The notes under the pieces: generated by a model
What the model was told of the DNA's origin: nothing
Databases searched by the model: none
What the model saw: only the letters and a program-made list of their open reading frames with translations
Made by a program: the position numbers and the translations under genes
Part shown: in pieces, positions 54,701 to 64,000 of the stretch
How positions within the stretch are numbered: the first letter of the stretch is position 1
Layout: each line of letters begins with the position of its first letter
Assembly (NCBI GenBank): GCA_030141605.1
Contig: JAQGDQ010000127.1
Location: forward strand, 186,001 to 250,000
DNA: 64,000 nucleotides
Direction: 5' to 3'
Origin: Tubiluchus corallicola
Lineage: Eukaryota > Animalia > Priapulida

Positions 54701-57700
54701 AAGTGTGGCAATATCTTCAACTACAATAAAAATGATGCAGTCGTTAAATGTTGTTTCATTAGATGTCATTAACTCTTATAATTACACAATGACAAGCAAA
54801 GTTTTAATAAATTAAGACAAATCTGCAGTACTAAAAAAGAGCAAAAGTAAATAATAAAGTAAACAGTCAGAAATATTACTGAATAGTGTAGGCACACTGT
54901 TATCTTTAAGGCTTGAGCAGCATAAGAGTTTCACTATTCATGCAAAAAATGTATTGTTACTTAAGAAGTGGAAAACAAAACTTAAACTTTGTTAATAAGC
55001 AGTCATTACAAATGTTATGGACAGATGTTACAAAGTTTTAGCATAGCAAACGTTGTATAATATTACTAGCTATCTTATTCGAATGCAAGTATAAATATGC
55101 ATAAAGTATGAAATGCATGCACAACTTATACATACATGCAAAATTATGTATTTTATTTAAATAACTAAATGTAAGACCTTTATATTGACAAGTTTAATCT
55201 TGTAGCAAAAAGGATAAAATAAAAAAGTATGTTTTTACCATGCATGTCTGCAGCAACCATAAATGCAGCAGCAGGAAAATAAGCACAAATTTAAATATAA
55301 CAAATATCAAGTAAATGTGCTAATTGATGCTTGTTCCAAATTATAATAGCACAAAAGGTACACCTGAGTTTTGGCAAATTAATTCAGTTGACTTACCAAA
55401 CTTAAGCCTTCTACTAAGGACAGTTTTTAGCTAATGCTATGAACTGACAATATTGCATGCAAGCACAAAGTATGGGTTTATAAGCAGGAACTTTGCAATC
55501 ATACTTACCAGCTAAGTGACGTCTATCTGTGACAAAAAGTACAATATGAAAATTCAGAAAAGTCAGTTTAGTAAACATTTATCCTATCATTTTAAAGGTG
55601 ATAAAATACCTTGCACGTGTTTCTTAATTTATAATAAAATTTTATTTATAATACGAAAATTGAAACTGTCTGTTGATGAAGGTTCTGTGAAAAACCTTCT
55701 AGACACTTACAAGACTGTACACAGCATGCAACATACACTTGCAACATGGACCGACAATTATTGTCTAACCATTAAAGGACTGACTACTACAACAATGAAA
55801 GAATTCGCTTCATATCACGAAATTCAGGCTTTAAGCAGAGTTCAAAGACACCTGATAAGAGACAACTGCAGCAACAATCAATGTGCCAAGCTAACACCAT
55901 TATTCAACTGCAACCCAAAATATTGCCAGCCATGTTATTATTATAGATAGATGAGGCTACGTTGCCTAGGCAAATAGTACAATGATACGGATGTAACACC
56001 TTTCATTCTGTTTCCTTTCCAATATGTGACAGCAAACTCTACATTAGAATTCTTCATCACAGGTGCCAAGTCAGCCAATAAACTCCAAGCACCCTGTACA
56101 ATAAATAAAAAATAGTAAAATGAAGCAAAGTATTATAGTTCATACCACAGTTTATGATCTACATACCTCTCTCTCTCAAGTAATACCCATGCATTCAGTT
56201 TTGACAAAAAAGCTATAAGCCAATACAAATTCAATGAATTCAATGTAGTTCATGTACCAATCCATGGTTAATCAATAATATGTAGTAACTCCAGATATTT
56301 TCTTTTCATAAAAAGCTTTTATTTCTAAATATATTAACTACGAATTGATGAATGATGTTGTGTATCAATAATAAGGTAATTATTAATATAAGATAATAAA
56401 GTAATAAATAAACATGTAATTAATCACAAAACAAGGTTTATAAACGTCAACTAATTTTCAGAAAACTACTGCTCCCTTCACAGCTCCGGTAAATTACAAA
56501 AAAGTAATAACAGAATTCCAGAAAGTAGTTTTTTAGTTTAAATATAATAAATGTAAAATAAACAAATTTCAACACACAACAAAATGGAATAACATGGTGG
56601 TTGTGGTACACAGAAAAGACACTTCTTGCCTATCAATTAGGTATGTGCATCTATTAATGCCTGCTGGAATTTGTACTGCATAGGTAGCAAATTATTCCAA
56701 AAATTTCGATCTGCGATAATTTTGCTTCTGTATTGTTGCACAGGAAAAAGCCATGTTATGGTTCAAATTAGCAGTATGCCTACCACTTTAGTCCAAGAGC
56801 AATTAAATGTATTTTTTGAATATTCATGAATCCATTTTCAACCATACAAGGTAATTTTTGAGGTAACTTATACAAAAAGTTTTTTGTCAAGCAAAACTCC
56901 CCACACAACCTGTACAGAACTTAACATCACTAATACCCATTGGCAGTTTAGAGTGTTACGGAGTTTTATGAATAGGGTGTTTCAGGAGTAGCTATTTACC
57001 TTATTGTTCACTGTGTCAATGTGACTTTTTACCGCTGCAAACAATGCTGGTCGTATCTTGCCATGCTTTACCCAAAACTGGCAGCACTTCTGCAGATAAC
57101 GTCTTAGTTCTTGCCCCAATTCACCACCCATTTTATTCAAAACTGCCCATGCAAGCTGCTGACTAACAGTGGACATTCTGAAACAACAAAGAGCAAAGAG
57201 ATAACAAACAACAAAATTACATGAAATTATAATTTTCAAATTATGATTATAAGCAGTTAGCAGAATGATATTCTTTTAGCTTAGCAGATAAATTGAAATG
57301 AATTCAAGAAATGAAGCAGTGATGTAATCGCTACACTGCCTAAGTGGACCAACTTGTCTAAAACAATGTCAAAGACGCCAAACAGTCAGAAACCAAGGTA
57401 TTAAAACAACATTACTGCACTCGGCTTGACTACTGTAATGATATGGTCCATGTAAAGCTTAGAAAACAGCATCATGGGCTCTAAACTGACAAAGTTAAAG
57501 AATGGAGTGTTAAGCTTTCTTTTGGAAAATTCACAGAACTATTAGTATTATTCGAAGAGAGGAACATTTAATTTTGATAAGGACAAATTTTACCTTGCAT
57601 ACCTATCATAAGCAACTATGTTGTCTAGCAGGTGCTTTTCGAGTATCTCCATACTTTTCTCTTGTATACTCGACTCTCTGTCCATCACCATAGGAAAAAC

Positions 57701-60700
57701 ACCATCAAGCCACAATCTAGAAATTGCCAAGTACTGTGTTAGGATTGAGTGACAGAATAATTGCAAGTTGAAAATTGTTCACAAATACGAAACAACTAGC
57801 CCTCTAATCACAAGTGGGTTAATGAAAAAAATCGCACAGCTAAATGTCTTATGTAACAATTATGAAATGAAAAATTGTGTATGCTTTTTAAATATTTCAA
57901 AAAAATTGTCAAAGTTTAAGTAGGGTAAAAATTTTGTTTAGAAAAGTTCCAAATATTGTTTTTAAACAGACACACCTAATTCAAAAACAAGTTATATGCT
58001 GCTGTACAAAATACAGTCAGATACTGCAGTAGCCTGCAACATTAATCAAATCTCGTTATGTCAATTTGCCCACAAAATTGCATTCTGAAGCTAATTTTTC
58101 ATTACTAATACTAACTTTTATTTGCACCAAAATTTAGTTGTCATACTTTAAATAATTCTTGTAAAATAAATGGTATTTTACTTTAACAGTATATCACTGG
58201 GAGGACATTTGAGCAAAAGCTCTGACAAAGAAATGAGAGCCTGTTTGCGAACTGACACTGCTGGATCCATACACCGCTTGTGAATCACTTTCAGATGCTG
58301 CAACATAACGAAACAAATATCAGATTATTCCCAAAAATAGTTTTCAACAATTTGCCTGTATAAAAAAAGCGCTAAAATGTTTCAATAATTAAAGCAAACA
58401 ACTATATTTTTTATAAGATTAATTCTTGAAAAATGATAACATGCCAAAATACTAGCAGGCACAATTTACTGAACTAAAATGAATCAATAAAATAGGAATT
58501 TTCTGCAAGTTTCTTTAAAGATCCACACCTTTTCATTGCAGAAACTAGGATCGAGTGCAATCACATTTTCTAGTGCTAATATGGCTGCTTTCCTGACTCC
58601 ACTTTTCTCATCCTCAGCACGACGACACAACATGGAAATAACACCTTGACAGTCGGCTAGAGCTGAGAATAAACAACACAAATATTATAATCTAATCGAA
58701 ATAAGTCCAAGCGAGTATCATGAAATTTCACCATGTCCGACAGTGACATTAAGTGACAACTGTCTGAAAAGGGTTAATGCCATGTGATCAGCACTATCTT
58801 TATGATCGTGTAGCTATAGAAATATCTTCCTGATACTTGCGACTCAATTCATCGCCTGAGCTGCACTTTTATCAGGTTGACAAACATCCTTGCGGGCCGC
58901 GCAAGATTTCTCGGTAGGCCGCAAGTAGCCCGCGGTCTGTAGCTTTCACACTCCTGGCTTATTCTAACGAATTATACTGCAGTAAACTAACTGCATCAGT
59001 TTTTTCCATTATTGCGCAGTCAGCCACACATATCAGAAGCAACAATAGCTTCTTTGAGTCTTACATAAAAATGGGTGCTGCACAGTAGAACACATTCTAT
59101 GCCACCAGCCATCAGGGCATTCTTGCAAAATCTTACATTAACCCAATGATAGACAAGAAGTATGCAACGTAAACTTGAATTTTAAATTTGCAGTGTCACA
59201 AGCAGCATCACATTTTTTTCGCTTTTGCAAACATGTTTGAGATTCTCAGGGAAAGTCTTCAGCAGGAAAATAGCAATAGTTGAGCTAGCTCATTACAATT
59301 ACATTTCTTACTTTAATTAATTGTTATAAACATTTGGTATTATTATTACTGGTAATAAACAGATGCAGATTAAGTAAATGGGGGGCCTGTAACACGTATT
59401 ACAAGGGGCCAAAGAAAATGCGAATTTTTTTCCTCTCCATCCTGTTAATAAACACCCTTTCAGAACCTTAAGCAACGAAAAATAAACGAAATATAAAACG
59501 TGCCTATGCAATTTAATTCAATTAATTCAAATTTATTTGCCACATACAATTCAAGACAAATGCCAGCAAAAATATGGTTCATTCGTGATAGAATTATTAT
59601 AAAAAAGAGGTAAGATGGTGAAAGATCAACGAGTCACTTAGGAGCCACTTCTTAAAAAAATGGTGTTAGTAGCAATTAGAGAGACAAACTGCCTTTTTTA
59701 TAAGATACATTCACTCACAAGGAAATTCAGATACTATCAAACTTAATGAACAAGGATTAAAAATAAATTGGTACGCTACTTTTACGTCTGTTAGTCACAA
59801 AATGCATATTGGTAAGACAGGCTAAGGTTAAAGCCTAAAAATGATACGCTAGTCAGATCATGTGTCACAAATCTGTAATTTTCGAAAATGTGTCTAACTG
59901 CATGATGACCAAATGGAACTCGGATTTTACTGCAAGACAAATTTTAAATTGAATCAAATCTGAGTCCTACAAAAATTAAGCTAGAAATAGTATCTTATTT
60001 TACTGCATAAATCCTATTATGAAGTAATAAAAGTACATTTTATCTACGAAAAAATATGACTGTCAGAAGAGAACTACAGTCAACTAAGCAGTCATATGCT
60101 CAATAAAAGTTAGTTAAGTTGTATAAGTGATCTTAGCATTTTGCAGTTAACTTATAAGGGAATCTCATAAAGCAGAGCATGGTAAAAGCACAATGCTGTG
60201 CGTGAAAGCCCACTAAGTAAGGACTTAATCTAGGCTCCGGTAATTTAAAGTTGCCCTGGTACATAGATAGGTATTATTTCCAAATTAGGAAATAAGGAGA
60301 AAGAATGCCCTTGATAAAAAGTTACCTGAAATGGCAAATAATTAAAGGAAAAGCCAGACCTTCTGGAAGGTTAGGCTCATTTCGATGTTTGCGAAGAATG
60401 TTCAGTAATAAAAGTGTGATAAGCACCTCGTGTAATTAGCAAAATCACTTTAAACTTGCCATTATTTCATGCTAAGATGCTCACATTTTAAATGCCCACT
60501 GTTCCACTAATGACATTGCTCATTAACTGAAGAAAGACAACTCACTATCAATTAATGTCTGAAATATAAACTTTTACAAAAAATTGGATAACTAATTTGG
60601 TGATATTTTCGCATGAAAATTAGCCAAGCTGCAAGTAGCTTGCACTTACGAAAAGTCACAAAGTTCAAAGTGTATGTTAAAATTTTCAAGAGAATGGCGA

Positions 60701-63700
60701 CTACAACCAGGGCCGAAAATTTCTATTCAGTGGTAGTATAAATTAATTTCATGTTTTATAGACAGTGTTTTTGCAAATTTCTTTGTTATATTTCTCTAAG
60801 TTTAAGTGATAACACAGAAACATGATAACATGCTAAGTAGCTTGCCCTTTCCTTTAAAAATGCAGTTTCTGACATGTAGACATTAACAACGCTAATTTTA
60901 TCAAATAGCTTGCAAGCATTTAGTGCAGGACCCTCGAAAGCATGGGCCTATACCATGAGCTACTTTTAATACTAAGTTAATCCAGTAATAAAATATTAGA
61001 CCACAGATAAGAACGAGACATGTTCATTAAACACCTTAGTATTAGATATTTTTTCAGTACTATGGTAGCTACGCTACTATAGAAAGAAAACTTATTACAC
61101 AACTTCAGTTTTAAGTTCGTATGAAGGCATAAGTGCAGATAGTGTCATACATACTTATATCATGACCAGGAGCAAGTTTGACAGTTGTGGGGGTCTCCAG
61201 GGGTATACCCCGATCCTGTCTTTGAGACACGTTCCTTGGTACTTGATCTAGCTGAATAACATTTGTATGCTCTTCCAATGGTTTGCCTTGATCAACCTTT
61301 TGTGAAATGTCATCAAAGGCAAAGATTTCTAGCCCACCTTTCTGTAACCTTTCATTTGTATCTCTTGCAGTACTTTCTACTTCATCAGCTGACTTTTCTT
61401 TTAAAAAACATGGTATTATGCTCAAACAAAATAAAAAACAGTAAACAATTGTAATTCGGTATTAAATCAATTCATAGTTTAATAATCCTGTGCTTTCAAC
61501 AACTCGTTTAATACTCACTGTTCAAGTAGAAAGAAAATGATGTAAGAACTTAAGATAAACATAGTATAAAGGACATGACGGTACTTTATTTACTGCTGCC
61601 AAATTCCATTTAAATTAAAAAGTTCTATGTTATCCGTATAATTACGGAATGCAGAAATTCAGTAACAGAATTCGTGTTAAACCAGTTATGTAAAACTTAG
61701 AATTCGTGTTTTTACAAACACGAAAGCTAGTTGACACAACCTTATTTTGTGTGTATTTTAAACACTACCTATTTAACTAAAGAAAAACTACATAATTCTG
61801 AAAACTATCTAAGAAAACCTTATACCTGAACCACACCCACTGACAGACAGTGGAAATCGCTTTGCTTTTACTCGCAGATCTGGTGGCACCTGTGGGGTGA
61901 AAAGGTCTCTTATAGCTTTCTGGATGAGAGCCCGCTCAGATGCCATGCAGCCAGCAAATAAAGTTAAAGCCTTAGATCTTACCCTGAAAAATTAAAATAT
62001 CGAAACTTGGAATTTCACACATCCATTAAATAAAGCAATGCTGTCTTAGCTAAGGCTGAAAACATACAGTTCCTATGGGAAAAAAATCGGTCATGTTTAG
62101 ATCATTAGTCAAATATTTTGCAACAATTGTTATTGCAGTAGTTTCATAATTTGCATACAATTATTCAAACAAATTTTGCAGATCTGGCTATTCTAACTGC
62201 TAACTGCTGGCAATGTTAACCTGAACCCTTTCTTCCTCTTACCCTTTCCCCTCCCTTTTTTGCACTTTCCCACTGTGGTTAAACACAAACTTTAAAAAAA
62301 ATGTAACTCAGAGAAGAAATTTCATTTGATTTAAAGAATACAAAGTCTCAATTCTCACACTGACATGAAATTTGATTTCTTGAAAATCTACCCAACATTA
62401 ATGATCTTCGATACTTACATGGGTGCTTTGTCTGAACATCTATTTAATATTAATTGAATGAGAAACCAGTGACGAAGATACTGCAAAGAATCACTTTCAA
62501 CATCATCTGCAAATATCAATGCTAATTACAAACTAGTAACTAAGTCTCCTGCAGAATAACTGATAACAAATAAAAAAGCAAACCTTTTTTGCATAAACTA
62601 CGATCACAAAATGTCAATATTGTCAGATATCCAGAATCCTGATCTACGTGTAATGTTTAAATGAAATTTCATTTATCTCTTAAGAATTTAACAACATAAA
62701 AAGGAGCATTTTATTTTAGGTTTGCAGTGATTTATTGACTTCACTGCTAAAATGTTCACCAAACACTGCTTACCAACATTTTCTCTTTCTGGTTCTTCTA
62801 AAAGCATAGCTGATACTTCAACTGCAAAGGTACGATGACTTCCCTAAAAAATGGCAGCACTGTTAAAATATTCATTTTTTAAGCAACACGAGACTTTTTA
62901 GCAAAGAATCGATTGAAGAACTACAGCACGCTTACAATAATATATCTATCAGCTGATTAATTGAATAAAGCATTGAAAATTGTGGACCAACGAGGAGTCA
63001 AACCCATGACCTCTTTTCTTATGAGTCAGGATGTATTATTAATTGAGCTACTGGCCCAACCTAACAGAGCTGGTCTGAAACTCACCTACTACCACACAAT
63101 TGATCAAAGCCACATATCCGCTAACAGTGATGCACACATCACTACATTTTAATGACCTCAATAGCAGGAGTTGATCAAGTCTCTGCAGCATATGTAGTGT
63201 ATACCCTCTGCAACTTTTTTGTAGGTTAACAAAACACACATTAAGAAATGCATGATGCTTAGACCAATAACCTAACAGCTAACTAAATGAAGGAGCCACT
63301 GAAAAATTGTGGAAAACCAGGATTCGAGCTCAGAACCTCCTTTTCTTACATGGCAGATTATTCTACCATTTGAGCTACTGGCCCAACCTAGCAGAAGTAG
63401 CTTGAACTCTCACCCTAGTAGCACACAATCAATGTGCTACTAGTAATATATCATTACTTTGAATACACTCAGCAAACATACATACAAACATATAATACTG
63501 TGAAGATTTTGATGCAGTGGCTCAACTTCATAAATTTTATCTGAAACATTTTACGATTATTGAAATAACTTTCTTCATATTACTCAGTAATCTTGTCATA
63601 CCTTTTCATGTCGAGAAAGTCGACTTAACCATTTCACCATACTAGCATAAACAGATGACGGTAGTTCTTTCAGAATTGAAACAATGCTCTAGAAAACAAA

Positions 63701-63935
63701 GCAAAGAGAAAACAAATTAACAATGAATAAAATGCAGTTGTGATATAAACCATAAACACTATCAAGCACTCAATCTAACATAAAATTAGCATACTACATT
63801 AAAACATCGCAACTCATACTAACTTGTGATGTTTTCACTCTATATTCTGCTTTATCAGGATTCTTTATACACATATGCTGCAACAGTGTACGAACACCTT
63901 CAATGCTGTCCTCGAAAATATTATTTTGAATGTAA
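38233..63935 (-). CDS. NCAPD3: Condensin-2 complex subunit D3 (HEAT-repeat), 5'-partial; the gene continues beyond the window end
   Basis: Phase-consistent exons: 63935-63824, 63688-63602, 62843-62774, 62506-62419, 61983-61826, ~61397-61155, 58662-58529, 58297-58182, 57716-57603, 57177-57000, 56093-56000, (55526-55509), 54720-54554, 53711-53535, 53403-53325, 53207-53100, 52449-52320, 51922-51814, 51514-51430, 51082-50978, 47195-47126, 46469-46295, 46098-45925, 45301-45217, 44855-44728, 43703-43663, 43234-43064, 41272-41208, 40615-40471, 39629-39593, 39452-39372, 39246-39163, 38587-38499, (38236-38233). CAP-D3 motifs: [96 protein letters not shown]. Confidence 0.93.
39718..40332. mobile_element. 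piggyBac-type non-autonomous element (MITE), 615 bp
   Basis: TTAA on both sides (39714-39717 and 40333-40336). Terminal inverted repeats CCCTTTCACTACGTA and, reverse-complemented, CCCTTTCTCTATGTA. Subterminal palindromes ggcggcacactgtcgcc and gcggcagtctgccgc. Confidence 0.85.
46125..46172. repeat. (CA)n/(TA)n microsatellite
   Basis: Directly visible. Confidence 0.9.
47340..47373 (-). ncRNA. Minimal type-I hammerhead ribozyme motif in the left pseudo-LTR (GAAA core mutated to AAAA)
   Basis: The minus strand reads tag CTGATGA agtcgagacggac AAAA g ctt cta. It has a stem I pair tag/cta, stem II gtc/gac and the palindromic AGCT in place of stem III. Confidence 0.65.
50799..50833 (+). ncRNA. Minimal type-I hammerhead ribozyme motif in the right pseudo-LTR (CTGATGA core mutated to CTAATGA)
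   Basis: cag CTAATGA agtccgagaaagat GAAA g ctt ctg; stem I pair cag/ctg; stem II eroded. Confidence 0.6.
51708..51789. repeat. Compound (GCAC/GCAA)n-(AC)n microsatellite
   Basis: Directly visible. Confidence 0.95.
58888..58957 (-). mobile_element. hAT/Charlie-like MITE terminus fragment
   Basis: The minus strand caggagtgtgaaagctacagaccgcgggctacttgcggcc resembles the CAGGGGTG...GGCCCGCGGGCC..TGCGGCC ends of hAT MITEs. A related tgcgggccg motif lies near 22880. Confidence 0.4.
62983..63057 (-). pseudogene. tRNA-derived pseudocopy 1 (Thr-like body, CAT at the anticodon position)
   Basis: GGGCCAG TAGCTCAA...CCTGA CTCATAA...GAGGTC ATGGG TTTGACT CC..TTGGTCC A. The 7-bp acceptor stem is retained; the D, anticodon and T stems are broken. 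Confidence 0.7.
63310..63384 (-). pseudogene. tRNA-derived pseudocopy 2 (TGT at the anticodon position)
   Basis: GGGCCAGTAGCTCAAATGGTAGA (A box) ... ATGTAA ... GAGGTTCTGAGCTCGAATCC (B-box-like); stems are disrupted. Confidence 0.7.
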
Positions 63936-64000
63936 CTAAAACAATAAAAGAACCAGAAATTAATAAAACTTTACAATCAAAAAACCAAAAGAGTAAAAAT

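Noticed and set aside
59510-59580. LINE-like 3' tail on the minus strand (ggcaaataaatttgaattaattgaa)
   Set aside because: I could not recognise an RT remnant upstream, so it is left uncalled.
62983-63057. Functional tRNA-Met(CAT)
   Set aside because: The anticodon, D and T stems do not pair; it is better explained as a decayed Thr-like copy.

Overview
AT-rich, intron-rich eukaryotic DNA, most likely from an invertebrate animal; the organism cannot be named from sequence alone. Three protein-coding genes are supported. (1) NSDHL/ERG26-type sterol-4-alpha-carboxylate 3-dehydrogenase on +, with an intronless CDS. (2) A complete 19-coding-exon classical calpain on - (about 691 aa by my manual exon assembly). 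It has an intact Cys/His/Asn triad, a degenerate penta-EF-hand domain and one likely U12-type (minor spliceosome) intron. (3) The 3' part of condensin-II subunit NCAPD3 on - (about 33 exons; the 5' end lies beyond the window), with a tandem duplicated exon pair and a candidate 18-nt microexon. The introns hold many repeat relics. The most notable is a decayed Penelope-like retroelement (RT plus GIY-YIG) bracketed by about 200-bp inverted pseudo-LTRs, each carrying a minimal hammerhead-ribozyme motif. Others are a TTAA-flanked piggyBac-type MITE, 5S rRNA-derived fragments, two tRNA-Thr-like pseudocopies, other MITE/LINE fragments and micro/minisatellites. I found no evidence for a wholly new multi-gene system; the most interesting signals are RNA- and splicing-level features. 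All coordinates were read by eye and may be off by a few bases.
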